Shown here piece by piece: positions 1-14,187 of a stretch of 64,000 nucleotides of DNA. The position numbers and the translations under genes are program-made. The stretch's first letter is position 1. Every line of letters begins with the position of its first letter. This stretch comes from Octopus vulgaris (Eukaryota): NCBI GenBank assembly GCA_951406725.2, contig OX597818.1, positions 12,896,001-12,960,000 of the forward strand, written 5' to 3'. The notes under the pieces are model-generated. The model was not told the DNA's origin. It saw only the letters and a program-made list of their open reading frames with translations, and did not search any database.

Positions 1-179
1 TAAATCATCATTAACGTTCAAAATATAACCTTAAATAGCAAGAAATAGCAACCGAATTTCCTTAGATTGACACATATGTTTCAAACAATGAAACAGCAAC
101 TGGGACAATGCCGTAATATGAGATATCATGGGTAGAGGCAGTATATGTTGGATCATGCATCTTCTATGTCAAAATATAG

Positions 180-900
180 CTGCTTCTAAAAAACTATAAG
201 GCAATTCTCAGGATACTAGCTCGTCCACTCACCTCACTTTAGACAACTATAAAAATGCATTCACATAAATATTATGCCGTCATGAGTGAAGCCATTAGTC
301 GAATACAAAACACGAATATTAAATTTATTTAGTAGCTGAGCTAACTACTGCTGCATCTCCTTTCTTGAAGCGGTACAGCAGTTATCATAACAAATCGAGT
401 TTACATTCCCCACCTGGTCGTGTGGAACCACGTAAACATACAGAGAAAATTGTGAGGCTACTACAATACCTACTAACCTTATTTTCCTTAGACTGCTCTC
501 TTGAGTCTTAAATGAGGAAATATAATATGAAATAATGCCGACCTATACAACATTGATTATTTAGGGCTAGACAACAAAAGAACGACAGATGTATTTACAA
601 ACATTGGAGATGGTGTTAAAGACCCATATTTCGACACTGAAACGCATACAAACTACCTTGTTTGAAAGAGCATGTATTGTAACTCTTATCTTTACAGAGA
701 ATATTAGAAAATATGGATCATTGGGCCATATCACCTAATGTTTATTCATCTTTCCGACTAACTACGTATCATTGTTTTCTCCAGCAAAGAGAAGCTGGCT
801 ACAAAACAACGAGCACGTTCTTCCCAGTTAAATTATCACTTCTACAGAGGAATGAAAGTGATTATTGTGCCTTAAGGGCACAATTCCATGAGTGAGGTAT
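180..900 (+). pseudogene. Putative protocadherin relic A (EC5-EC6 end of a decayed copy)
   Basis: Broken reading gives STHLTLDNY (224-250; cf. STVMSLDHE), QNTNIKF..AASPF (cf. NNTVNVIVEV..NAPYF), YRENC..LQY (cf. SRENAFLKY) and LEMV/VKDP (604-625; cf. LQFVVKDSG) in the expected order. Heavily degraded; by-eye comparison only. Confidence 0.3.
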
Positions 901-1947
901 TTTACCTTTCCGCACACATAGAAATTATGGGCACACTATGATGCACATATATATGCGGTGCATGTGTAGATATGCATAGCATGCAATGATATTTTATATA
1001 AGCATTTTGAATTAAAAATACAATCATGATATTATAATATAAGTGAACCACAATTTCATATGACTGAAATTATGAAACATTTATAAAATTAATGCTTTTC
1101 AATCAGTTAATCCTACCAGAAGTGCAGTTATCTAATAAATTAGACCATCAATGTGCACCTTTCATTTCGTTTCGTTGGATAAAATATATTTTCATTACAA
1201 TTCTTTAAAGAATATTATTCCAAAGAAATTCTTAAAACATTATTATATTATCATTTATTATTTAATATTAAAAATTAAACTAAGAGTATTTTTACTTATA
1301 GTCAATGAGAGACTAAATACAGAAGCAAGGAAGCAACTACAATAAATAAAGTACGAAGTCTTACTATTTTAAAACCGATTTCGTTATTTCCTCAGTTATA
1401 TGAAATGTATATTTAAATTTCATACAAAGCTTTCAGACTCTGTAATTCACCTATCTTCTTTAAAATTTTTGGTTTTGCTTTTTTTACTCAATTGGTTTTT
1501 GGTGTCATTTCTACAGAAAATAATGTTAAGTGTATTTGTTAGCTTGCTGGAGACTCATTCGAAAACTATGCACGAATCAACAATCGAATATAAATGGTCC
1601 ACCAGTAAATTTTTATTAGCGACAGAAGCTGTATTGTTGCCGAGAGGTAATATTTATCCTCACGTAAACGTGCAGGTTCTATTAAAACAAAATATGCTGC
1701 ATTAGATACCATCACAAAATCTCTGATATTGACTTTTTGGTACAAAATGCACTCTTGTTTTAAATATCACTAGCGGGGAGATAAATCCCTGCCACTTCCA
1801 GTGCCGAGACCTGCAGTTCGCGTGATTTCAACTTTCGTTGGTCTTCTCATATTAGTTTTCTCTCATGTTAGAATCAAGCGTGCATTGTGCACCGAAAAGC
1901 CAATATGAGTGTTTCTATAATGATATCTGTCACCGTATAGTTTGTTC

Positions 1948-2215
1948 TGTGGAGGCGCGTGGCTTTGTGTTTAGGGTGTCAGCATCATGATCGTAAGATT
2001 GTGCTTTCGATTCCTGGACCGGGCGACATGTTGTGTTCTTGAGCAAAACACTTCATTTTACGTTGCTCCAGTCCACTCAGCTGGTAAAAATGAGTAACGC
2101 TGCGATGGACTGGCGTCCCGTCCAACTGGGGAACACATACGCCATGGAAACCGGGAAATCGGGGCCATGAGCCTGGCTAGGCTTTAAAAGGGCGCATTTA
2201 TTATTACTTATTATA
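1948..2215 (+). mobile_element. tRNA-derived SINE
   Basis: tRNA-like head with degenerate A box (TGGCTTTGTGTTTAGG) and B box (TTTCGATTCC), CORE-like body (TTGTGTTCTTGAGCAAAACACTT) and (TTA)n tail. Confidence 0.85.
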
Positions 2216-3159
2216 ATTTGTTCTAACAGAATATCTAAATTTAAGTGGGGATGAATATTACTTCGCAATTAATATTATACGTGAATACCTCACATGTTGA
2301 TTTACATCAAATATCATGACATGATATCCCTTTCATACATTCCCGTGATATAACGATATCAAGAGTATGAGGGTGATCATTTGTTTGCCTGATGGAGAGC
2401 GTTATTGAAGGAAGTTTGTTGTTTATTATCTTCACAGTATTTTATAAAGCTTAGTGCAGGCTGTTTGTATTGAAGCTGAATAGAACAAATAAAAGAAATT
2501 GCGATTGTCTAAACTACTGGAGTCAAATGGTATGATGAAATATGTATATTAATTTCCAACTCAGAATAAGTCAAAGAATTTGTGAATAGTACACTATATG
2601 GAACTTTCAAATTAAATGTCTAATTTAAAGGAGATGGAAAATGTTGGGATGATTAAAAATGCGTTCCGATTAAAATTTTCTGTAATTTTCTCATTTTCAA
2701 ATGAGACTGAGAAATTATACTAACATTGATGTTGTATCATCACTGTAAAAAATTAATTCATACAAAAGTGAAATACTGTGTATAAAAATTATCGATATAA
2801 TAACGATACGCAATAACGAAAATACTTTCATATGGCAGATTGCACTTGTTCAAGTATGTGTGTAAGGAATTAGTTTTTAACTCATACATTGTACGTAACT
2901 GATGATCTACTTCTACTAAGACATATTCAAGTGCTCTTAAATAGTTCGACACAATACAAATATCAATGTTTATATCTCTTTATTGAACTTAGGCATTAAA
3001 TGTATGATTATTAGTTTAGTAATTATAGCTAAATAAATAACATCCAAGTGTAGCGAATTTTTTTCTTAATAACAAATTGCTAAACTGTCTAATTTGATAA
3101 GTGTACTTGTGTGAGGACTCTACAAGATACATTTCAAAAGTGTTGAGGTATTTGTCTAT

Positions 3160-3247
3160 GAGAGGGAGAGAGAGAGAAAGAGAGAGAGAGTGAGAGAAAG
3201 AGAGAGAGAAAGAGAGAGAGTGTGAGAGAAAGAGAGACAGAGAGAGT
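3160..3247. repeat. (GA)n microsatellite
   Basis: Direct reading. Confidence 0.95.
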
Positions 3248-3329
3248 AATAACTAGCCTAGATTATGGTAATTATATTATATCCTTACTAGACATCAAAC
3301 AATCTGACATGCCAACATTTGTTATTCCG

Positions 3330-4022
3330 GATTGAAGACGGCTGCAACATAACCGTGAACACACCCTATTAAACAATTCTGTTTACAGCAGACTAGTTTG
3401 AAGAATGCAGTCGAGATATGAAGACAATTTCGAAGCTTTCTAGGCAATAACAATTTACGTTAAACTGTGCAAAACGATACAGAAACTTATGAAGTGCTCC
3501 AGACTGTCTATAGATTAAATTGTCTGAGTCGAGCATCTTTACGTTTCCGCAGGCAAAGTAAGTCCACTGGGAAGCTCATAATGGTCCCTTTCCTTGAGAG
3601 CAAGGGTATCATCTACATCCACAGGTTCCCTCTTGCGAGGAACTCAAAGGGGGGTACAATGTGAAGGTTTTAAAGTAGTTTAGGAAAGGGTTTCATCGCA
3701 AACTATCAGGGCACCTGCACAGCGACAACGTACTAATCCACAATTCCATTCCGGTGGCCAACTACTCGACTATCCCACACCATCTGTACACTCCAGACTT
3801 AACCCCGTGATCTTTGGCTGTTCCTCAATCTGAATAAAACGATGGGGGTGCCTGTAACAAGTTTCCCGAAAAACTTCACTTTCCAGGACATTCAGAGGAC
3901 CTTCTCAAAGTAGCTGGAGCACAATAACAATTTCATTGAATTCAGAGGATCCTACTTTGAATGAGATTAATTATTTGTGCTTCATTATAACAGGGCTCAA
4001 AACTTTCGAAATGCAGCCTGTA
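3330..4022 (+). mobile_element. Internally deleted mariner element remnant
   Basis: ORF 3467-3664 (TETYEVLQTVY..CLSRAS..RQSKSTGKLIMVPFLESKGIIYIH), then LHSDN and HHLYTPDLTP (cf. HPPYSPDLAP); TIR-like end AAACTTTCGAAATGCAGCCTG-TA. Confidence 0.8.
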
Positions 4023-4379
4023 AATCTAATTCATGTTATAACTGCTTATCTTCTAACACACGCCATTGTCTGAACATGCTAGGTGAGACACGTATCAATA
4101 TGAAAATTGCAGGTGATTTTAGTTGATATATTTCATGAACGCTTTGTTCAAATATCGGTACAATGAATATTAAAAACAAAATATTAGACTAAAGATATTT
4201 ATTAAATGATATATGCAAGCAGCTAGAGATGACAAAACCATGACAAGGATATTTCTTAATATAGCATAGTTTAAAAGAACACAAGAACGGTACATGGCGT
4301 GAAAAATATTTTTTATTGAGGGCAAGTATATAGGTGTGCATGAATATATATATACATATACATTTACCTATATAATAAA

Positions 4380-4473
4380 TATATATCTCTCTCTCTCCCT
4401 CCACCTCCCTCTCGATATATATATATATTTATATATATATATTCAAAATAAACATGTATATATACAAACATGT

Positions 4474-4529
<56 letters not shown>

Positions 4530-4560
4530 GTGTGCGTGCGTGTGCGTGCGTGTGTGTGTA
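4380..4560. repeat. Compound (TA)n/(CT)n/(TG)n microsatellite
   Basis: Direct reading. Confidence 0.9.
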
Positions 4561-6454
4561 CTACTGAAGTTAATATTAGAGTATTAGAGTTCGTAAGACT
4601 CCATGCAAGGGGGTACTTGCAATATTGTAGAATCTATTTAGGTTCTAAGCTGTGACAACAGCTTAGAATCTAATCTGTTGTCACAGCAACTATTACTACC
4701 ATTCAAAACGGTGGACCGTTCGCTAAAGATCAAAATCACACGCAGTCATTAATGAAATATCCTTGTGGCGTACATTTCTATTAAACACACATTTATTTTA
4801 CATCTTCTCTTTCGTAGTTACTTTGAATTTTTTGATAGTTCATATTGCCAGCTGAAAATAGGTAGACTATGCAACATTTATATTTTACAAATTAAATAAA
4901 TACTCTACAGAGTTTTAATATATCTGAATTTTATAATATAAATGTGTAACAATACAGTCAAACAAACGAAACGAAGATTTCCTTCATAATATTTCGTTGT
5001 AGAAATGAAATACATTCCAAAATTTTATTGGCGTTAAGCGAAAATGTTGCCAAAAATGCTACAAAACACGTCTTTAATCATTCCACACATTTGAGTACAA
5101 GATTAATGTATTAATCTGGCATAAGTATACAAAATACAAAAATTGTGTTTTTGATAGCATTTATCATTCAAACGTATTAACTTCAGTTCTGTCATCAAAG
5201 TCGATGCTTTCCTAAAGAACAACGTGTCGTCGAAACCCTGGTCAACTTCCACGTTGCAGGAATAGATTAGATATAGAGAAAAATATACTTTATTGTGAAA
5301 CATTAAGGTGGAAGATGTGTGGAGATTTTCCGAAATATGTCTGGAATATATATGCACATATATATCAGAATATAGAGAGCGCAACCAGAGCATAAAACAA
5401 ACAAAATCCTCATTATTGATGGGAGAATATAGTGTAACAAATTTAATCTGAGATGGAAAAATTTGCACAATTGTCACCTTATAAAAAGGGCATGGTTGCA
5501 TTATAGGATCACGACTGAGTTGGTTTCTGGCTACATCACCTGCAATAAAAACAACCTACAATAATTTTTCCGGAGATTATATCTAAATCTAAACCTCTTA
5601 TGTTGCCAATGGATGATAAATAACATGTCCTGTATCTGCAGCCAATTCTGGGACGTTAAATCTTACATTATGCGTATCATTATTGTAAAATTCTACATCC
5701 GTTCATCGACATTGATTTTGCTGTGAGAAATTCGTGGAAATCACAAGTGAAGTGTCATTATCATGTGCAGATCTCAACGAATCATGACTTCACCTTAATA
5801 TAATAAGTGATACTGATTTCTGAGGCAACGACGATTCAAACAGTTTATGAACTTCCAAACTCAAATGATATAGGCCACTCATTAATACGTCATATTTAAA
5901 AAAAGATAGCAATAAGCATTGGAAGGAGTAAAATAAATCCATTATAATGTGCATGTATCGTACTCAAATGTATGATTCTCATTGTTGTATTCAAACTCTT
6001 CATACTAGGGTAGGATGGACAACGCAATCACTAACAGCAAGATTTTCGACTTTGGAAATATACCCTCGCTATGTGTAACATCATATGAGGTTTTTCTGCC
6101 AGTCTTACGTTTCAATGAGTAACAATTGGCTACTGTTATGAATAACAGGAAACAACTATTTAGTAAAACTACACATCAAATAATAGGCATTAACCACCTA
6201 ATCCATTATAGTTACCCTTTCTACAAGAAACAATAACAAACAATATCATTAATATTTATGGAAAGCTGAAGGCTATTTTGAAACTGTAAAACTTTTCAAG
6301 TATTTCGAGACACATCATAAAGAAATTGTAGGTAGATCTAACGTTACTTAAGAATTCTTCGTTATATCATGGGCACGTTTGCTATGAGAGTAATACTTTA
6401 TTATTTTTGCATTTATGTCAATGAATGAGCAAGTTTAGGTGACAATCGTCCATT

Positions 6455-6890
<436 letters not shown>

Positions 6891-6894
6891 TTAA

Positions 6895-7850
6895 TATTTC
6901 TGGGTGTGTTACTGTTGTTTGAATTGTTGGTGTGATTCGTTGATTGGTTATTGTAGATATTGTAGTTGTTTTTTCTCAGTTGTTTGGCATCATGGTTTGA
7001 GTCATTATCACTTTGATGCATTAATTGGTTGATATCTAGATTTGTTATATGAGTTACGGTCAATGTTTGAGTTCTTATTTTCCGTGCAGTCTGTTCGCTG
7101 TCTTTGTGTACCATTATAAGTTCTATGAATGCGGTGCTCTATATTTGATGAGTTAGCATCAATGCGACGGCTGAATATTTTGCTGTACGTTCCGTTTGTA
7201 GGTAAGCAACTATCGAGTGCAGCAAGTCCCTATAACACATAATGTTGGAAATGCAGGCTATGTTCCGAAGAGGCACTCTTAATATTGTTAATAAAGGAGC
7301 GCTTTATAAACAGATTTACGAAACAACTACGCATGTGCATGCATACAGCTAATCACGCATTCACATACTACAATCTAAATCATACCTAAAGAACATGTAT
7401 CTAAACGTGTACCTTCACAATCCATATGTATATATGTATATAAATATACCGAAACAAAAAATTGTCGATAACCATTAAATTTATGCGTCTCGAAACAATT
7501 CATTATTACCGTATTGGTCCAATTTCGGGGTTAATTCACAAAACATTTTCCCCTCTTCAGCGGCTAATATGCGAGATATAAATGAAATACTTATTCATAC
7601 CCACGGAAGAAGCAAGCACCAAGTCCCGAGCAGACTTAAGTACCCCAAATATATCCAAAATAGAAAAGTCTTCGGCGCATCTCGAGAAACGTGTGATTCG
7701 AACTAGAAACTTTCATAGAGTGATAGAATCCGGAACATATAACAGCAAGCCAGGCGACACTAAAAATCTCTTGTGAGACATCTTTGTCAATGTACCTATA
7801 GACACTCAGACTGATGGGTCAATATGTATTTTGTACCAAATAAAAGTCTA
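6895..7850 (-). mobile_element. Probable Penelope-like retroelement remnant(s)
   Basis: Microsatellite-bounded insert containing a type-I hammerhead motif. The minus strand near 7150-7290 (TYSKIFSRRIDANSSNI) is weakly reminiscent of the Penelope RT-EN linker. Confidence 0.35.
7505..7568 (-). ncRNA. Type-I hammerhead ribozyme motif, intact core
   Basis: Minus strand: ATTAGCCG CTGAAGA GGGG-19nt-CCCC GAAA TTGGACCAA TA CGGTAAT. Stem I about 7 bp with one bulge, stem II 4 GC bp, stem III A-U plus TTG/CAA, cleavage triplet AUA. Confidence 0.8.
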
Positions 7851-7868
7851 TATATAGGCACACACATA

Positions 7869-8677
7869 CAGAGTCTGCGATGGGTAAATTGTTGCCATTT
7901 TATACTTCTTGTTTTGCGCATGTGCATTATTTCGTTTTGATTTTGTCGACTACACAGCATAGTAGAGTCAGTTGGGCACCGTATGTGTGATAAATTGCAC
8001 CATGACGCAATTCACGCTGCCAGAAATTTGGAAATAACATGCATTACTGCTTGACATTCGCGCTGTAAGCTCCAATACGAACAGATGGATTACCGTTGGA
8101 TTACCATATCCCAAAAACATGTACCGAGAGCTATAAAAATCAAACATCCAGTCAACATCATGGTGTGTGGAGCGATCACTAATGATTGTGACGTTATGCC
8201 CCCATTCGTCTTCCTAGCCTCAGGCTATATATATATATGGCATAAATCAAGTGGGTGGCTGCACCATGCCACACAAGCAGGCGAGCCGAGTCATGGCTGT
8301 CAGACAATTTCTGCTACCATACCAGCCCTAACATTTCGCCATTTGACTCACCAGACTGCAAGCCTCTTGACTGATATGTGTGGGGTGCAGTTGAGCGAGA
8401 TTTTAACAAAACTCCTTTTAATAGCAAAGGTGATCTGAAGAGAAGGATTATGCCAGCATTTACCAAATTGAAATAGAAGCCGTTCCAGAAGATTTGCAGG
8501 AGATTCCGATGTCGTCTGGAGAACGTAGTTGAAGCGAATTGCGATTTTATTGAATAAATTTACTCTTTCCTATTTCAAAATATTTTTAATGTAATTTTGG
8601 TAAGTATATCTGTGAAAATAAGATGCCAGTATCATTTTCAGTTTTGCGTAATTTAGATAATAGTATATTTACTGCAC

Positions 8678-8681
<4 letters not shown>
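7869..8681 (+). mobile_element. Deleted Tc1/mariner-superfamily (maT/DD37D-like) DNA transposon
   Basis: TA-flanked imperfect TIRs (CAGAGTCTGCGATGGGTAAAT / ATTTACTGCACTCTG). Transposase relics KHPVNIMVCGAITNDCDVMPPFVF and SPDCKPLD*YVWGAVER. Confidence 0.8.
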
Positions 8682-8727
<46 letters not shown>

Positions 8728-9757
8728 TATATACACATATATGTAAATATATATAATGAGTTTGGTTTTTCGGCTTCTTTTCAAGTTCAAATTTATCTGG
8801 AAATATATGCGTGATGCAGCACAAATGTAATATTTTGCTACTTTATTTTCATTACTGCTGGCATTTTCTCTATTATGTTTGCTATTGTTACCACCGTTAT
8901 AGTAGATTTATTTTCGGTATGTTTTCATTAATTTTCACACATATTTCGGTTTCAAGTATTATCCTCTTCCTTCTTTTTAAAATATTGTTCATGCTAAATA
9001 TGATTTGATTGTGTGTTGTAGATATTTTGATTGATATTGTATTTCTATTTCTATTTGGAAATTTGCTTCAAATATTAAAAAAAAATCTTAATTTATTTTC
9101 TCTATTTTCTATATTTACTGAATCAGAGATAATTTAAAAATAAAAGACAAATATGAAAGAAGCAAAGCAATCCAAAATTCTACAAATACTCTATAAACAA
9201 TATGTTGTCTGTCGTCTCGCAGATTGTCATAGGTCTGAAACAAAATCGTAATTGGATGGAAATGAAATTGAATGGTAGATTAAAAAATGCGAATTTGGAA
9301 ATGAATTTCCCAAGTGTACGGGGATAGTGAATTCTACAAGGTGTATTTGTGGGTTAACAGAACACAGTAAACAATGGACTATAATATAAGATAACCATTT
9401 TTATGGGGAAAACAGAATAATTTCTCTTTTCTCTAAACTAAATCTGTCAAAATATATATAAAAGGCAGAAAGGGAAAGGTAATTCAATATTTTGTGAATG
9501 TTTATTTTATACAGCTGCTTCCAATGTTTCTGAAAATTTACATTCAGAAACATTTTAGAACAAACATAACACATATATCAAATAAAAGATTCCCAACAGA
9601 AAGCAAATATTTTAAAGACAGCATGAAATATCTTAGCATAAATATCTGAAAATTTACATATATAACCACATCTGTAAGTAGAATGAAATATGAACGTATA
9701 TCCCAATTTATAAAATTTTTACAGTAGGTGAAATGCTTTCATAACATGCTAGATATA

Positions 9758-11557
9758 CTAGCTGATGTACCCAGTAATACCAGAGCGCGGGGATATTCTC
9801 AGTACCCATTACAACGCTCAATTTCTCTCAGATTAAAAATGCAATCAAGACATAAGATAGATAATAGAAAGCGTAAGCAAATTCATTTACGAAACAGTGA
9901 TACAAATAAATACGTGTGGAATCTGAAAATGACAATCGTTTGGTCAGTTTAGAGGAAACCTGGAAATATACAATCAATGGAAACATCAAGTAGGGAATTG
10001 CAAAGGAGTGCTGTGAAAAGAAAGAACATAACAGTTTGAAAATTAAAAAGATTACTTAGAGAAAAGGCACCTAATTTCACGACTATGTTTCGTGAGTATA
10101 GTTCTGCTGATCGTGAGAATCATATATCGATTGCACCGGTTAGAACCGACAATTTTAAGTGCAGGTGTTATGACAATACATGTTACATGTTTTAGCACGC
10201 ATCGTTGCAACATTTAGAATCGATAATTTTAAGTGCAGGTGTTAAGAAAATACTTGTTACAGCACCCTGAGGATGCTGAAATAATTGATGAACATTTTAA
10301 CCTCACAGCAATTTAGTCCACATTACGTTAATCAGGGAATCAGAAATCATCTTACACTTTGCTTGAGTGGCCTAGGTAAACATTTACTTGTATCAGCCCA
10401 TCCTTTGCACATATTCCATGCGTGTATAAAATTTCAAGAAAATCGGTTGAAGTCTTTAAAAGTTATGGCAGAAAATAACATTCATATGAGAATTCGCATT
10501 GAAATGTCGTATTGATACTTGGAAAATTGATGTTCATTAAAAATTATCAATTTTTTGAAATTCCAATTGCGTAAGTGACCGCATGTGCTTACCCCTGCCC
10601 ACGTTTCAAGTTTCATCAAAATTAGTAGGATAGTATCAGAGGAGTTAAAGTAACAACTTCACAAACGCATATACACACATCCATTCAATGGTAGATTAGA
10701 AGATAATATACCCTGTCTTAAAAGACGCAATACCCTAATTCTTCTTTAAGAATTAAGGTTCATGTAGTAACTTAACGCAAATCTGAACTCCAAAATTATT
10801 CGCAAGTTAAGAGCGGGTATACTGATAAGTTAAACCCTGTATATAAGTAGTAGTTTGTATAAATGTAGTTTGATTGTCAGTATATCTATGGTTTAAGCAG
10901 GAAATACTGCATAGAAAATGCTGAATGGAAAATGCTTGAGAAATAAAATGAAACTTACCTATTTAAAATCTGAAACACTGGGGAATTAAATCGACAAATC
11001 GAAATAATAAGTTTTAGCAAATGAAAACGATTCGTATTGAAATGCAGAATTAGCAAATGATAATGAGATTACCGTTAATAAGATGTCTGTTTATACTCAT
11101 GAAACATTTTTCGTCGAATGTCGGCATTGTTCGTCAAATTTAAATCTATATTAATGGGTAGGACCTATTTGACAAAACAAGGACCAGAATCTGGTAGAGA
11201 ACCCTTGTCGTCGTCATTTTTGCGCATGTGTGTAAAAAGAATTATTTGTCTCAACCCATCATTAGCTCATATTCCATCTGCGTATACAATTTCAAGTAAA
11301 TCGGTTGAAAACGTGAAAGGTTATGGAAGAAAATGAGATTTTGCATCGAAATGTCCTATCAATTTTTGAAAAATCGATGCTGATTAAAAATTATCGATTG
11401 TTTTTTGAAATTTCAAGTGCGTAAGTAACCGCATTGGCCTAAGTCACCCCACATGTGTCAAGTTTCATCAAGATCGGTTGGATAGTCTCAGAGTTGTTAA
11501 AGTAACAAATACACAAACAACCACAAATAGACAGAAATTGCTCTTTATGTATATAGA
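9758..11557 (-). mobile_element. Non-autonomous Helitron-like element with duplicated 5' segment
   Basis: On the minus strand it starts A|TCTATA (11557) and ends CTAG|T (9758). A ~300-bp diverged direct repeat (10395-10703 vs 11255-11557) has each copy ending in an ..AGAT terminus. Confidence 0.65.
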
Positions 11558-12916
11558 TGAGGAAAATGTTTATTTTAATTGGTATTCATGAAAATATCAT
11601 TGTATAATATTCTCCTACATTCATTTTAAGTGGATGTGGTTATGACATAAGATGTATGTGATTTCAATAGCTGAAAATGATTTAGCGACGTTATTGCAAT
11701 TTACTAAGTAAAGGACAGTTAGCGGAGGAAAACTAAACGCAGTTAAGTAATTTGTGCGTGATGATGAGGGATATACCAATGCTTAGAATACATCGAACAT
11801 GAAATGACAAATTCTGTAGAGAAAGATGACGTGAATAAAAGTCCAAAGTATAAATCCTTCATTCCTCTTGACCATGGACCTATCAGTTCGACTTATCAGA
11901 TGCAAGTCATGGATAAAATGTGAAATTTTGAATAAAGATTTACAACCACTTATATCAATACTGCGAAATTAAAGGATATACAAATTTAGTAAAATTTTCA
12001 TTATTTAAAAACCCACAAATTCACAACAATCAGACGTTATAAAAGGACAAAACTTCCATAACGATAACTCATGTTTCTAAATCTTAATCACCATTTAGAT
12101 AACTGCACACAACACTCTAAGGGAAACCAGTAAAAGAAGAAAAAAGTTAAATGCGCCATTGTAACTGCCTGCAACAGTAAGAGACATTATGACACTATTC
12201 TCACAATCCGCCTCTATAAAAATATAATCAATTAATACTTACCAAACAGTACAAAACTTTCGTTAGTAAACTATCTCTAAAGTCAAGATGTCTATATATT
12301 ATTCAAAGAAAGCAGCAAAAATTTATTTTGTTCTTGACATTTACCTACAGCATTTCATAAAATAAAGATAAATCTCTTCAGAGATGCTAGAACACATGTT
12401 CCTGAAAATCTTCAAATACTGATTTGCAGCTTCCAACTCGTCAAATCTACATTAGTAGATTATTAATAAGGAGCATAACACTAAATTTACAGGTTTCAAT
12501 TAGTGTCTGTCGTACTAACAATATATATTCTTACTTGCAACTGTACAGAAAGCACCGTAGGAGGCATCACGTTCACGACTGCAGCTATGTGTAAGATTTT
12601 ACATGTCACACATGGACGATATTCACAACGCAATGTGTGATATAGCATAAAAAAGAGACGATGCACAAACACACATGTAACACCCCAGTATCACACAGAT
12701 AATTATTGCAATGATGCTAGTTTAATGTGCAGAAAAACATTGACGCTATCTCTGATTATGCTTCTTCATTCTACTTTTCGCGCATTATGTCAAACTACGA
12801 TGAATACAAATAAGTGTATTCGAAACCTTGCAACAACTACTCAGTTGACAAAAAACAAATAAACACATTCATGTTTACATATATATTTAATATATGACAT
12901 ATACACTTATCAAATA

Positions 12917-14187
12917 TCAGGCCATCTCATAAGTTCTGTCCGAAATTTGATTAAAAAAACAAGTGATCAAATGCTATATTTAATTGAAATTTAATCGTCA
13001 TTGTACTTTCCTTGATTTTCTATGACTTCCTTCCATCTATTTACAGACCTTTTAATACCATCAATGTAAAACTCTTTTGGTTTGAAAGCGAAGAACTTTG
13101 AAACGTCAGTTTCAACCTCCTCCTAGCTTGCGAAAGTTATGTCCACCCAAATGATTATGTAAACTACGCAACAAAGGATAGCAATGCCGGGAGAATAAGA
13201 TGGATGAGGAATTTCTTCCGAACAAAGCTCTTCGATATTATGTGATGTGATCTTTGCAGTGTGGGGGTCGAGCATTATCCGGATGAAGCATCACTCCTTT
13301 TCGATTCACAAAAGCGGTTTTTTTTCTTTAAAGCTTGGTTCAAACGCTCTAATTGCTGACAGTATACTTGAGCATTGATTGTTGCATTAGGTGGTAACAA
13401 TTCAAAGTGAATTACTCCTTTGTAATCCCACCAGATAGAGGGAAGATCCTTTTTCCCATGTAGTTCCCTTCTCGGTTGTGGTTGAGCTTTTTCCCTTTTA
13501 CCAAGTCACTGTTTACGACGTCTAACATTTCAATACACGATTCACTTTTCGTCACCAGTCACAGGTCTACCCAAAAATGGTGAAACCAATTCGTGAGAAT
13601 GGAGAGAAGAGCCGATGTCAACTCAGGATTTGCGGTTGCTTTTGGACAATTCATGAGGTACCCATTTTCCAAATTTAGGAACCTTTCCAAACTGTTGAAG
13701 ATGACAATGAACAGTTGCATGGTTTGACCTAAACTTTATTGCCAATTCTTCAACTGATAATGCAAGATTTTCTTCAAGTAATGCCTCCAGGAGTTTATCA
13801 TCAAAACTAAACTGGATGTCCTGTTCGATCTTCATCTTCAAGGCTGAAATATTCACTTCTGAATTTTGAAAAGCATTTTCTGCAAGTTATTTTTCATTCA
13901 GGCATTCTTTCTCATAAACTGAGTGTGTGTTTCAAGTAGTTTCGGCTGGAGAGTTTCCTTTTTTGTACTCATAAATCAGTATGTGCCTTCAATGCACTTT
14001 GTATACTTCTATTTTAGGAAGTGTTTTAATCAAAGAAATTTTAACTCTATTATTCTGTAAAACAATATTTAATTAGTTTAAATGTACACAGATGCATAGA
14101 AATAATTTTTAATTCTATGAGACATTATAAAATACTATTAAATTTCATTCTATTTTAAAATCGGACAGACATTACGAGATGACCTGA
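12917..14187 (-). mobile_element. Full-length decayed mariner transposon (~1.27 kb)
   Basis: TA-flanked ~30-bp TIRs (TCAGGCCATCTCATAAGTTCTGTCCGA / TCGGACAGACATTACGAGATGACCTGA). Transposase motifs GKWVPHEL, VTGDEK, DNARPPH and HPSYSP, with stops and frameshifts. Confidence 0.95.

Noticed and set aside
5103-5501. 132-aa minus-strand ORF
   Set aside because: No recognisable motif; probably a chance ORF in AT-rich DNA.
7806-7852. Second hammerhead candidate (CTGATGG..CAAATAAAAGTC)
   Set aside because: Both core boxes are defective; too degenerate to call.
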